Part shown: positions 23,435 through 33,549 of the stretch, piece by piece | Layout of the letters: the number at the start of each line of letters is the position of its first letter | Numbering within the stretch: position 1 is the first letter of the stretch | Virus record (IMG/VR): IMGVR_UViG_3300020477_000990 | Location: 124,001 to 188,000 of that record | Direction: 5' to 3' (one strand) | DNA length: 64,000 bases | The notes under the pieces: generated by a model | Told to the model about the DNA's origin: nothing | The model's input: only the letters and a program-made list of their open reading frames with translations | The model's database searches: none | Position numbers and translations under genes: made by a program

Positions 23435-24611
23435 CATTTTCATTACGTAATTTATCAACCATATTAGTTCTTTCCCAAAACTTTGGAATAAGATGTGATG
23501 AATCTTTTTCATACATAAAGTGAATTAATTTATCATAACGTTTTTCTTTATTGTGTGTATACTTGTCAAACCATTCTTGTTCTTGAACGTATCTTTCTTC
23601 TAAACGTTTTTTCATTTCCATTGGAAGTATTTGTATAGAAAGTTCTTCTGGTACAAACAACGGATTAATCAAACTGCCACCAACAGCGTCAACCCAACCT
23701 TTTTGTATCCATTCATGATGAAAGTCTGGTACATGGAAACTATTATATACATTTAAACAAGTTGCAAGGAACACATATACATCTGGACAAATATCAAACA
23801 TACGTTTTCTATTTTCTTCAACTTGTTCCCATGATTGTCCTTTACGTAAGTATTCTCCACGTTTACCCATGCCATCTAACGAAGCACCTATTTTAACAGA
23901 TTCAAAACGATTCCATATTTCCATAACGTCTAATTTTTTAAATACCATTTGTGAAAAGTTTGTGTTGTACTTTAATCTTACGTGATACATTTTACGTTCA
24001 TCAAGTTTTTTTAGAATTCTATAATGCTCTTCCATAATTAATGGTTCACCACCTGCAAAGTATATTTCTTCTAAGCCGTCCATATATGGTTCAACTTTTT
24101 TCCAAAATGTTTCTTCGTCTTTATAAGGTCTTATAATTTTAGGCTGATCCAATGGGCCATATAATTTTACATTATCTTCATACCAACTTGATGATAAGTC
24201 TGGTCCACAAGTTCTACATTTAAAATTACACAAATTTGAAAATCTAAAATCAATATAAGGTAAGTTAATTTTATCAACTGTACCATCTTCTTTAGTGGTA
24301 CCAATCTTATCAAAATGATTTTCAAATGCTTCGTTGGCCCAAGTTCTTGTTGTATTCAATCCACTTGACTCCATGGAATAACAACGAGTACATTCTTTTG
24401 TTGGTTTATCTTTTAACATTGCTACACGCATTTTCTTTAACTTATCTGAATTCCAAATTTCTTCAAATGATTGATCTTTTAAGTTACCAAGTATCTCATT
24501 CATAGGAGCCATACAACAAGGTAACACTCTACCATCTGGCCATGAGTGTAAATGTGTCCAAGGTAACATACAAAATCGTTTTGATTTTTTTAATGCGTAA
24601 TCTTTATCCAT
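23382..24611 (-). CDS. Radical SAM protein with N-terminal twitch/SPASM-like Cys cluster
   Basis: CNFKCRTC; FCMLPW...PCC...CTRC; FAGGEP. Confidence 0.9.
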   Translation of the reverse strand: MDKDYALKKSKRFCMLPWTHLHSWPDGRVLPCCMAPMNEILGNLKDQSFEEIWNSDKLKKMRVAMLKDKPTKECTRCYSMESSGLNTTRTWANEAFENHFDKIGTTKEDGTVDKINLPYIDFRFSNLCNFKCRTCGPDLSSSWYEDNVKLYGPLDQPKIIRPYKDEETFWKKVEPYMDGLEEIYFAGGEPLIMEEHYRILKKLDERKMYHVRLKYNTNFSQMVFKKLDVMEIWNRFESVKIGASLDGMGKRGEYLRKGQSWEQVEENRKRMFDICPDVYVFLATCLNVYNSFHVPDFHHEWIQKGWVDAVGGSLINPLFVPEELSIQILPMEMKKRLEERYVQEQEWFDKYTHNKEKRYDKLIHFMYEKDSSHLIPKFWERTNMVDKLRNENAIELFPELQDLKVPELS

Positions 24612-25632
24612 TTACTTTTTCCTCAATGACGTTAATTAATAAAGGTATTGGTAGTTCAGATAATTTAATATGGTTTCGTGATATTAAACTTTGTGTTGCA
24701 TTTGAATTTACCATTTCATTCATTTTGTTAATGTCAATATTGATTAACCTTCTTAAGTTATCCTCTTTGATTCTATGCAATCTATCTGGATAGTTTACAT
24801 AATCAAAACTATAGTTAAACATATTATGATATGGTTTAATACCAAAAAATTCTTCTAAATGCTTACACATCTTTTTTGAACCCAATGGTATAAACGGTGT
24901 TTTATATAATATTGGCTTCCACGTCTTTTCAGTAATAAAAATACTAGTATCACTAACAATACTTTCTGTTACTATATCAAAACAAGATTCTCTATATTGT
25001 GGTGGAAGTATTTCCTGATTACTTTGTTCGTCAATTGTTTTTGCATCAAAATCTAAAGTTATTGTTTGGCCTTGAAAGTTTTCATTTGCTAAATGCTTTG
25101 TGTTAGGACCGTATCTATTTAGATATGTTATATAACCACGATGGTACCAATCGTTTGAAAAAATTGATTCTACTAAATGAAATCTATGTGGTTTCGCCGC
25201 GGCGTTCATGCAAATAAAATGCTTTGGCTTTTTATCCATATACTTCTTTTTGATTTTATGTTTGTAATAATGATCTATAGTTCTTTTTAATAATGTGTAT
25301 GGATAATAAACACAATGCCCAATAACCTTTGGCTCTTTATGATTCGTTTGCCAATGCGTATAGTTTTTTTCTAAATTAGCATCGCACATTACTAATACGA
25401 TTTTGTTATGATCGTATTCACGTAATATAGTATGCAGTCGTTGTAAAAATTCATCAGGACGTTTTAAATGAATTTCACCTTCATATGAATTTGATATAAC
25501 AATATATGGTTTTTCTTTTGCGTTTAACCATAAGTCGCGAGTATTTAATAAGTCTCTAAATCCTCGATCACGACCACAATCAAAATCGTATATAAGATAT
25601 GTTTTATTATTTTGAACTATAGTATTTGGCAT
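24604..25632 (-). CDS. GT10 (fucosyltransferase)-like glycosyltransferase, TEKT family
   Basis: FICMN...KPHR; FDIVTES...FITEKTWKP. Confidence 0.55.
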   Translation of the reverse strand: MPNTIVQNNKTYLIYDFDCGRDRGFRDLLNTRDLWLNAKEKPYIVISNSYEGEIHLKRPDEFLQRLHTILREYDHNKIVLVMCDANLEKNYTHWQTNHKEPKVIGHCVYYPYTLLKRTIDHYYKHKIKKKYMDKKPKHFICMNAAAKPHRFHLVESIFSNDWYHRGYITYLNRYGPNTKHLANENFQGQTITLDFDAKTIDEQSNQEILPPQYRESCFDIVTESIVSDTSIFITEKTWKPILYKTPFIPLGSKKMCKHLEEFFGIKPYHNMFNYSFDYVNYPDRLHRIKEDNLRRLINIDINKMNEMVNSNATQSLISRNHIKLSELPIPLLINVIEEKVNG

Positions 25633-26227
25633 GGTTTGTATCTAACCTCTTTAATATACTTTTTGCCATTGAGGTACTGTAACTATCAATAGCATTATCC
25701 CAATTGTCTTTAGTTGTAAAAACATCTTGAGGAGTTAAATCTGAATGAAGCCAACTTATGACTCCGCCCCTAGGCCAAGCACCTTCTAATTCGTCATCTA
25801 GTTGCTCAGGACTCCATAAAGCACAACCTACTGCAACTTTAAATAATTTTGGTCCATTGTCTTCTGATATTAGTTGTAATAAATGTTTGCTTGATGTAAC
25901 TGAAATTCCAGATGAAATATTAACGGTATCTTTATCATGATAGTCATGGCTATGTATTATAAAAACTTGTGATGTGTTTACAGGTCCACCATAATAGATT
26001 GGTTGGTTTTTCCATTTGTCAATACATTTTAAACCCATATCTAAACATATTTCTTCTAGGTTTAAACTTCTAGATGGCTTATTAAAAATAACAGCACTTG
26101 CTCCACTGGCGTCATGCCTTATTACTGCTGAAGTAGTTTTATAAAATCTAGGATCAGCCATATGTGGCATAGCAATTAGCATACGCCCTCTAATTCTTTT
26201 TAAGCCTTTATGTGTTTCATTACTCAT
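25607..26227 (-). CDS. YqgE/AlgH family protein
   Basis: LIAMPHMADPRF...IFNKP...YGGPV...GCALWSPEQLDDEL. Confidence 0.9.
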   Translation of the reverse strand: MSNETHKGLKRIRGRMLIAMPHMADPRFYKTTSAVIRHDASGASAVIFNKPSRSLNLEEICLDMGLKCIDKWKNQPIYYGGPVNTSQVFIIHSHDYHDKDTVNISSGISVTSSKHLLQLISEDNGPKLFKVAVGCALWSPEQLDDELEGAWPRGGVISWLHSDLTPQDVFTTKDNWDNAIDSYSTSMAKSILKRLDTNHAKYYSSK

Positions 26228-26237
26228 ATACTATTAC

Positions 26238-27557
26238 TTATCTTGCTAAAAATTCTAGCAATTTGTTCCACCTTTTGTTATGATTTCTGTTAAAAAAATG
26301 ATTCCTGTTATGTTCTAGTTTTTTCCAAACACTCCAGTAAATATTATGTAATTCTTTGATATCCATTTTGCATATACGTTCAATATTGTTCATAATAATT
26401 TTTAATCTTTTAGCTCGATCTAAAATATAATCATATGACTCATCAAACATTTCAGGAAATGTTTCATATCCTTCTGAACGCAAATACTCTAGGCAACCAG
26501 GGCCACTAGTAATAATAAATGGATGGTAGTTTACAAATGGCATATAAGTTTTTTCAGTAACAAACAAAGGAGCACCTGGCTGTGATTCAAATACAGTTTC
26601 AGTTACAAAACTAAAATATGTTTCTTTAAAATGATCTTTAATTAGTACACGTTGATTCATTCCATCGCCTATAGAATTAGAATCATGATCAAGTATTATT
26701 GGTGTTTTTTCTTTAAGCCACAATTTACTATATTCGTCTATTGTATTTGCTAATTGTAAATCTTCTTGTGTTAAATAACTTCTTAAATTGCCAATGCTAT
26801 CAGGAGTAAAGTATCGATTTAAAAAACTATGTATAGTTTGATCTTGCCAACCTTTTCTATATATTTCACTCATTATATAAATTCTATGTTCTCTTGGATT
26901 TGCATTTTTACATAAGAATTTGTGTGAACGTATATGTCCATTTGTTAATTCGTCTGGTTGTATTAATTCATTTGCTACACCTTTTGTTTTGTGATTTTTA
27001 AAGTATCTTACATCACACTCATGACGATAGTTTGTTTCAAATATATTAAATGGATAAACATTTATTTTTTGATCATCACCAATTCTTTTTGCTCTTTGGT
27101 ATGCTTTATAACTTCCTACTATGTTTAAGTCTCCATAAACCATATACACTTTTTCAAAAGGAATTCCTTTATCATTAATACTCCAGATTATATCATCTAA
27201 AAATCGTGGCATAGATAAATGAAAACCTTCTGATGGGAACCATATTAATACTCTTATATTATTATTTGGATTACGTAATAATTCTAATATAGGTTCGTCA
27301 ATATAATGGAAAACGTTTTCATAAAAGAAAGCTAAATCAATCCATTCTGGCTGTATATGATAATACGTTATTTCATTTGTATGTGTGTCATTTATACTTT
27401 TAGAATTCCATTGTATATTTTGTACTTCTAGCATTTTTTCTAAATAGTTTGCTTTTACATTTCCATACCCATTTGAATTTATTTTTCTTTTGTGTGGAGG
27501 TATAGAGTTTGGTATAGGCACACCGTTAATCCAATTTTGATATAATAAATTAAGCAT
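26238..27557 (-). CDS. GT10-like glycosyltransferase, TEKT family
   Basis: FLCKN...REHR; FSFVTET...FVTEKTYMP; start MLNLLY. Confidence 0.55.
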   Translation of the reverse strand: MLNLLYQNWINGVPIPNSIPPHKRKINSNGYGNVKANYLEKMLEVQNIQWNSKSINDTHTNEITYYHIQPEWIDLAFFYENVFHYIDEPILELLRNPNNNIRVLIWFPSEGFHLSMPRFLDDIIWSINDKGIPFEKVYMVYGDLNIVGSYKAYQRAKRIGDDQKINVYPFNIFETNYRHECDVRYFKNHKTKGVANELIQPDELTNGHIRSHKFLCKNANPREHRIYIMSEIYRKGWQDQTIHSFLNRYFTPDSIGNLRSYLTQEDLQLANTIDEYSKLWLKEKTPIILDHDSNSIGDGMNQRVLIKDHFKETYFSFVTETVFESQPGAPLFVTEKTYMPFVNYHPFIITSGPGCLEYLRSEGYETFPEMFDESYDYILDRAKRLKIIMNNIERICKMDIKELHNIYWSVWKKLEHNRNHFFNRNHNKRWNKLLEFLAR

Positions 27558-28323
27558 TTTCAATCCAAGGTTTAATAACTTGTTTAGCAAAGTTCCAGTG
27601 GCAATCTGTTGACGGATGACCAATCATAATTTTTTGACCGTCAACATCATGCCACCCTTTTGCCGGAACATTAACTTTGTCTTCGTGTAATGCTCCAGTA
27701 AAACCGTTTGCAATCCCCCATTCAGCTATTCCACCATACTTTCCATGAAACCAAAATTGATTCCAATCAATTTGATCCCACCAATTGGTTAATTCAGCTG
27801 AACTTTGTATTTGTTTTTCGTATTGTTCAAATTCGTTTTTCCAACATATGAATAAAGTTTTTACGTCATTTATTTTACATAGTTTTTGTAAATGTACAAT
27901 TCCTATTAAAGTTCTTAATATTTGCTGTACATCTGAATGAGTATATTTTATATAAGCATCTAACCGATCGCTAATATGTTTACTTGTTCGAAATAAGTCA
28001 AAGTTATTTTGTTGAATGCCTCTCCACCAACGTTGGTCTCCTGTACTTTTAATCCAAGTATAATTTTCTTTTGGTACAATGTAATTGTTTGATGATTCTA
28101 TTTTTTCATCTATTACTATTTCGAATCTGTTAATTCCACTTATTTGTGATATAATGTGAGTATAAGGATAAGTTAATAATTCTAAACTAGCATTTCGCAA
28201 ACTCATTTCATTACCACTTCCACCTTCAGCAATATTAGTTAAATCAAATTGTTCTTTTAAATAATTTGCCCAAGAGTTAGGTGCATGAGTAAATGAACAG
28301 CCAGTAGTTAGAATTTTATACAT
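27550..28323 (-). CDS. SGNH/GDSL-like protein
   Basis: TTGCSFT, NIAEGGSGN, GHP. Confidence 0.7.
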   Translation of the reverse strand: MYKILTTGCSFTHAPNSWANYLKEQFDLTNIAEGGSGNEMSLRNASLELLTYPYTHIISQISGINRFEIVIDEKIESSNNYIVPKENYTWIKSTGDQRWWRGIQQNNFDLFRTSKHISDRLDAYIKYTHSDVQQILRTLIGIVHLQKLCKINDVKTLFICWKNEFEQYEKQIQSSAELTNWWDQIDWNQFWFHGKYGGIAEWGIANGFTGALHEDKVNVPAKGWHDVDGQKIMIGHPSTDCHWNFAKQVIKPWIENA

Positions 28324-28762
28324 TTACATTTCCTAGTGTTGCTAATATACTATAAATTATATTTGCCCACTTGTCAGCATCTTTTTCTGTAATAACAATG
28401 TCAGCGTCATCACCATTTGCTATAATAGGTTTTACAAACATTTCATTTGTATCGTTAAAATCTGATTTTTCTATAGTATTCATCCAAATAGTATAATCGG
28501 CTTTAAATATTTTTCTTGTTTCTAAAGTAGGGCAAATGAAATCAGCTATTACATGATGTCCTTCTTCGATCCATGCATCTGCAATATCACTCATACGTTT
28601 GGCTTGTCTTATTCTACCCATTTCACTATAGTCAAAATTTTGATCTGACTTTCTAATAGCATCAGCATTTAACCATTTTGCATTTAATAATGGATATAAC
28701 TTTGATGCCAAAGTTGTTTTACCTGATCCTGGTAATCCCATTATTAGTATTTTACTCTTCAT
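28316..28762 (-). CDS. cysC: Adenylyl-sulfate (APS) kinase-like P-loop kinase
   Basis: GLPGSGKTT, LNADAIR, GRIRQA, IADFICP. Confidence 0.75.
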   Translation of the reverse strand: MKSKILIMGLPGSGKTTLASKLYPLLNAKWLNADAIRKSDQNFDYSEMGRIRQAKRMSDIADAWIEEGHHVIADFICPTLETRKIFKADYTIWMNTIEKSDFNDTNEMFVKPIIANGDDADIVITEKDADKWANIIYSILATLGNVNV

Positions 28763-29573
28763 TTATTAACCTTTCTACGATATCATTTGCAAAACTTTTT
28801 TGTGCATCTGTTGTAGGATGACTTCCTGGAAATTGTTCGTATCCATTATCAATGCACCATTCTTTAAGACCACCATATTGGTTAGTCCATTCTTTTGTAT
28901 GACTATGATGAAACCACCAAGAGTTCCAGTCTATTAATTCCCATAAGTGAATTGCATTATCGTATTTGTTTACAATTAACTCACCACGTTCATTTGAGTT
29001 GTTTCCGTCTTGATTGTTTTGCCCTGTAAATATATCTTGCCAACACATATTAATTAATCTTAAATTGTTTGATTTACAATACCATTGTATTCTTAATATA
29101 TGTTCTAATGTTTGAACAAATTGTAATTCTTCGTTATGGAAATTTGCAAGATACATTTTCATATGTTGATTAACATCTGCATTGTCAAATTGCCAATGCC
29201 CAAAGCCTCCACCACTCTTTAACCAGTTAGAGTCTTTATGTGATTTCCATTTTCCAGTTAATGGTTGATTTTGGAACCCACCATTACCTTTCATGTCATT
29301 GTAAATTTTATTATAATTGTTACTTTCATGGTTATAAAATAATTCAAATCTATTTGGATTTGACCACATAACAATTACAGTTGGATCTTTATCTAAATAA
29401 TGTGGAATGTTAGCAAGTAAGTTTCTGCTAATTAAAGCATTACCGCTAGCCATTTCTGAACAATCAATTATTTCATAACTGTTTCCTAAATGATTAGGCC
29501 ATGCAATGTTAGGTTCTACTTTATGTCCAGTAAAACTACACCCAGATATTATTAAGTACTTTTTGTTTTCCAT
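28752..29573 (-). CDS. SGNH/GDSL-like protein
   Basis: ISGCSFT, ASGN, SHP. Confidence 0.7.
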   Translation of the reverse strand: MENKKYLIISGCSFTGHKVEPNIAWPNHLGNSYEIIDCSEMASGNALISRNLLANIPHYLDKDPTVIVMWSNPNRFELFYNHESNNYNKIYNDMKGNGGFQNQPLTGKWKSHKDSNWLKSGGGFGHWQFDNADVNQHMKMYLANFHNEELQFVQTLEHILRIQWYCKSNNLRLINMCWQDIFTGQNNQDGNNSNERGELIVNKYDNAIHLWELIDWNSWWFHHSHTKEWTNQYGGLKEWCIDNGYEQFPGSHPTTDAQKSFANDIVERLINEE

Positions 29574-30564
29574 AAATTTTTTTATATATTGTTTTTAAAT
29601 ATTTTTCACGCCAATCAGTATTAAGTGCTAATTGCTGATTGTATAGCATTTTTTCCTTTACTTGCTCAACTATTTCTGATTGTATAAATGGTAATGGTGT
29701 TGAACAAAATTTTAATATTTCTTTTTCAGGGTTATTGTTGTAATCAAATATTTCATCATACAGTTTAAATCCAAATGATTCTAAAGCGTCATAATAATCA
29801 ACAGGTTGGCCTACGCCATAAAATAAAAATAGTTGCAAGTTTAATATTGGTTTCCATGTTTTCTCAGTAAAAAATACTGTGTTGTCTTCGTGAGTTTCAT
29901 TTATAACATTTAGCCAAGATTGATACATCATATCTATTGGAACTATTTTGTCGTCTGTGTTTAATCTATCAGTTCCAGCATCTAATATAATTGGTTCAAC
30001 TTTTTCTCCAGTAGTATTATAATTACCAACTAAACTTATGTAATTGTCCATTAGTCTGTTTTCTTTACAAAAATTTACAAATTGTAAACGTTTTGGTTTA
30101 ACGGCACCGTTAAGGCTCATCATATGGCAAGTTCTATTTTCATTAAAATTATTAACATACTCATATTTCTTTTGTACGTCTAAGAAGTAAAAAGGATATG
30201 TATGCCTATGCTTAATAATTTCTTTTTGGTTACTTTCTCTGCACCAAGAAAGATATTGCTGATCAAAATTAATACTAGGCATAATCATATGAATATCATT
30301 TGGATCTATTTTACTTTCTTCTAATATTGTATGTAACTTTTCAAATACTGGTAATCCATCATCTAACGATGGACCTGGAATGTCAGCTTCAGTTAATTCT
30401 TCAATAATAAATTTGCATTCTTCATTTTGTTTTTTAGCTTTGTTATAAATTTTGTTATGTGTTATCATTAATGGCAAAGGATGTCCACTAAACAATCCTT
30501 CACGTTCTCCATTTTTACTTGGAGTATAACGCCAATATGGATAACTGTTATACAATACTCTCAT
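29536..30564 (-). CDS. GT10-like glycosyltransferase, TEKT family
   Basis: MMSLNG..KPKR; LNVINET...FFTEKTWKP. Confidence 0.55.
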   Translation of the reverse strand: MRVLYNSYPYWRYTPSKNGEREGLFSGHPLPLMITHNKIYNKAKKQNEECKFIIEELTEADIPGPSLDDGLPVFEKLHTILEESKIDPNDIHMIMPSINFDQQYLSWCRESNQKEIIKHRHTYPFYFLDVQKKYEYVNNFNENRTCHMMSLNGAVKPKRLQFVNFCKENRLMDNYISLVGNYNTTGEKVEPIILDAGTDRLNTDDKIVPIDMMYQSWLNVINETHEDNTVFFTEKTWKPILNLQLFLFYGVGQPVDYYDALESFGFKLYDEIFDYNNNPEKEILKFCSTPLPFIQSEIVEQVKEKMLYNQQLALNTDWREKYLKTIYKKIYGKQKVLNNIWV

Positions 30565-31696
30565 TAAATATTCCTTCAACTAATTTTATATGTGTCTCAG
30601 CTCTGCTTATTAAGTTAGCATAATTATAAACAGCATTTGAAAACATATCAACTGGTACACCATCTTTACATAATTTTTCAACTTGATCAATTGCTAAATT
30701 CATTCTTTTATATGCATCCGGTTCTTTATCATACTCTTCATTTATATATGGATCAAATGTTTTATAACCTTGTTCTTTTAAATTATGTAAAAAGTTTTGT
30801 GTTGATAAAGCAATAAATGGATGACAGTTTATAATTGCTTTGTATATTTTTTCTGTTGGAAAAAATTGTGGATTACAATTATGAGCACCACTATGTGTTT
30901 CTGATACTACACTAAAGTAAGTATCTAAATATAATTTTTTATCAAAAGGATAACCACTAAAGTGCTTTCCATATAATCCTTGTTTAACATTATGTTCATC
31001 TAATGAGTGAGGCCAATGCTTACATAATTTATCGTAGTCTGTTTTACTAATTAAGTCTTTGACTTCATTATAATAATCTTCTAGGCTAGGGTATTTTTCA
31101 ATATCTTCTTCTGTTCTTGTTAAAGTAATTAACCCATTATTCATTAATCTACGTTGCCAATATAAAACAATTTGTCTTAATCTCATAAACTTATCAGGCT
31201 TACCATTTAATGATAAGAATGATCTTACTGCAACTTTACGTTTTGCTTCAAATGGAGATACGTGTTCACAAATCTTTTGATCTAATATTTTTTTATAAGC
31301 ATCAACTTCATAATATGGAAATGTAATAATGTTAAATGCTTTTGGCTTTAAGTTATGTTTTTTTGCTATAATCTCATGTGTTTCTTTACCTAAATCTGTT
31401 GAGTAAAAATAATAAATTTTATGTGCTGGCACACCTTCTTTAACTAAATCGTGTCCTAATAGTATTTGTTTCTCAACGTGTTTGTCATGAGCGAACGCAG
31501 GTTCACGCATATAACATATAGCTAGTTTTTTACTAAACTTAATGGCATTCATTGGTCCGTGATACCAAACATCATGATGTATAAAAGGATAATCAACGTC
31601 ACTTCCGTAAAATGCTAGTTCATAATGATCTTTACTATTAATAAATTGACTTATTGACTCTTCTTTAATATATTGTCCAATAGTTAATGGAATCAT
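30548..31696 (-). CDS. GT10-like glycosyltransferase, TEK family
   Basis: FLSLNGK...MR; FSVVSET...FPTEKIYKA. Confidence 0.55.
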   Translation of the reverse strand: MIPLTIGQYIKEESISQFINSKDHYELAFYGSDVDYPFIHHDVWYHGPMNAIKFSKKLAICYMREPAFAHDKHVEKQILLGHDLVKEGVPAHKIYYFYSTDLGKETHEIIAKKHNLKPKAFNIITFPYYEVDAYKKILDQKICEHVSPFEAKRKVAVRSFLSLNGKPDKFMRLRQIVLYWQRRLMNNGLITLTRTEEDIEKYPSLEDYYNEVKDLISKTDYDKLCKHWPHSLDEHNVKQGLYGKHFSGYPFDKKLYLDTYFSVVSETHSGAHNCNPQFFPTEKIYKAIINCHPFIALSTQNFLHNLKEQGYKTFDPYINEEYDKEPDAYKRMNLAIDQVEKLCKDGVPVDMFSNAVYNYANLISRAETHIKLVEGIFNESIV

Positions 31697-32205
31697 TTTG
31701 TTACCTTACTGTATAATGCAAAGTCACCTGAATACAAGCGACTTAAATCATTTGAATATTTTTTAATTACGATATCGTGTATTTTTTGAATATTTAAATC
31801 GTCTTCTCTTCTTGATTCTTTTTTAATTTTAATATCTGATATTGTAGTAAAGTCATCATCAAAATTTTCTAATGTTCCAATAAAATTAAAATCATTTTTT
31901 TTAATATAAAGACTATAAGGAACACAATGCTCGTTGAAGTTGTCAAAATTACTTATAATGCTTTTAATTTTTTCTTCTGCTTCTTGTTCTGTATAACAGT
32001 TTTCTTGAAACAAATAACTTCTAAGTCGCATCATAGGTAATCTAATAAATGTAAAAGTTGGTTTAGCCTTTTTCTTTTTTGTTTCTTTCATAGATAAAGT
32101 ATTAATTATAATTGACGATGCACATTTAGGAACTACAATATAGTTCCATGTTTTATTAGAAAATATTCTTCCTGCATATCCAAATGAATTTATTATAGCA
32201 TTCAT
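31693..32205 (-). CDS. Sulfotransferase family 2-like protein
   Basis: VVPKCASS (5'-PSB) and FTFIRLPMMRLRSY (3'-PB). Confidence 0.7.
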   Translation of the reverse strand: MNAIINSFGYAGRIFSNKTWNYIVVPKCASSIIINTLSMKETKKKKAKPTFTFIRLPMMRLRSYLFQENCYTEQEAEEKIKSIISNFDNFNEHCVPYSLYIKKNDFNFIGTLENFDDDFTTISDIKIKKESRREDDLNIQKIHDIVIKKYSNDLSRLYSGDFALYSKVTK

Positions 32206-32879
32206 ACGTTTTCCTCTACCCATGGAAGTATAATTTCTTCTGCAAATTTATCATGCTGTTCTTTAGTAGGATGATTACCTTCTGCAAATCCTGGATCCCA
32301 CATTTCATCTACGCACCATTCTGCCATGCCTCCTGTTTTCTTATGAAACCAAAATTGATTCCAATCAACCAATGATACATCTATATCTATTTTTGATAAT
32401 TCATCTTTCCACCAAAAGTTTAACATTGGTATTCTATTAAGTTTGCAATACCATTGTGTTCTTGCTATGTGTTCTAAACTTTCGATAGCACCTTGTTGTT
32501 CGTTATAAATTTTTCTATATGGCTCAAACAAATGTTTTTCAGCTGAATCATTTTCTGATACTTTGTTGTCTACACCATTGCCACCATTTTTAATCCAATA
32601 GCCATTTCGTGTTTTATCTATATATGGTGAACCTTGTTCAAAGCCAAAATCGTGTTCGGTTAAAAATGCACGTCTATGAATTCCACTCCATTGGCATATT
32701 AAGACTCTAGGAAAGTCTTTTAATGTTTCACACATCTTTATTGCTTGTCTGGAAATATAGTCATTACCTGCGGCACAAGAGGCCACATTTCTTACGATAT
32801 ATTTTTCATCGAGTTTACCTGCCCAGGTCATTTCACTATTATATGTGAAGCTACACCCAGCCACTATCACATTGGTCAT
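32202..32879 (-). CDS. SGNH/GDSL-like protein
   Basis: VAGCSFT, NVASCAAGND, NHP; TTGCAT-17-TATAAT just upstream of ATG 32879. Confidence 0.7.
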   Translation of the reverse strand: MTNVIVAGCSFTYNSEMTWAGKLDEKYIVRNVASCAAGNDYISRQAIKMCETLKDFPRVLICQWSGIHRRAFLTEHDFGFEQGSPYIDKTRNGYWIKNGGNGVDNKVSENDSAEKHLFEPYRKIYNEQQGAIESLEHIARTQWYCKLNRIPMLNFWWKDELSKIDIDVSLVDWNQFWFHKKTGGMAEWCVDEMWDPGFAEGNHPTKEQHDKFAEEIILPWVEENV

Positions 32880-32922
32880 ACTAATATTATACACAAATAA
32901 TAAGATAAATGCAAATAGAAAA

Positions 32923-33486
32923 TTATAATATGTGGTCAGCTAATTTTAAATCAACTAGCTGTCTGGCCGTAAAATATTGATCACTTGGTGTGTTTAGTTT
33001 TCTTCGTACTTCTGAAAGAGTCATTCCAGTTGCTTCACGTAATATGTTCAAACATCTTAATTCACAGTTGGCATTTTCTTTCATTTGTGACCTCATATCG
33101 TGCATTTTAGATTCCATAACATCAGAATGTTGATGGTTCATTATTCCAGTATTTTTTCCAATGTATCTTTCACCCTGTTTACCCATAGCAAATATTAAAA
33201 ATCCAGCACTCATAATAGCACCAATTCCTATTGTAGAAATTGGATGGTAGCTATTTCGCATAGCGTCAATAAGTGCAAAAGCTTCATATAAATCACCACC
33301 AGTTGTATTAATGTATAGTTTTAATGTTCTTTTTGGTTTCTTAGATAAGTTAGATGATAGTATCCATTTAACAGTTGCAGACACATTATCGTTGTCAATT
33401 TCACCAGTTAGATAGTGAATATCATTGTCATGTAAGTGACTGTCTATTTTATCTGCCGCTGTGTATTGATCGTATTTTTTACTCAT
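32923..33486 (-). CDS. clpP: ClpP-like serine protease subunit
   Basis: LYINTTGG, catalytic MSAG, MNHQ, YFTA...LKLADHIL. Confidence 0.85.
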   Translation of the reverse strand: MSKKYDQYTAADKIDSHLHDNDIHYLTGEIDNDNVSATVKWILSSNLSKKPKRTLKLYINTTGGDLYEAFALIDAMRNSYHPISTIGIGAIMSAGFLIFAMGKQGERYIGKNTGIMNHQHSDVMESKMHDMRSQMKENANCELRCLNILREATGMTLSEVRRKLNTPSDQYFTARQLVDLKLADHIL

Positions 33487-33549
33487 TTAATGCACCTATA
33501 TGCACTATTTAGTGCATTTGAAATTATTATAGTATATTATAAAAAGATG

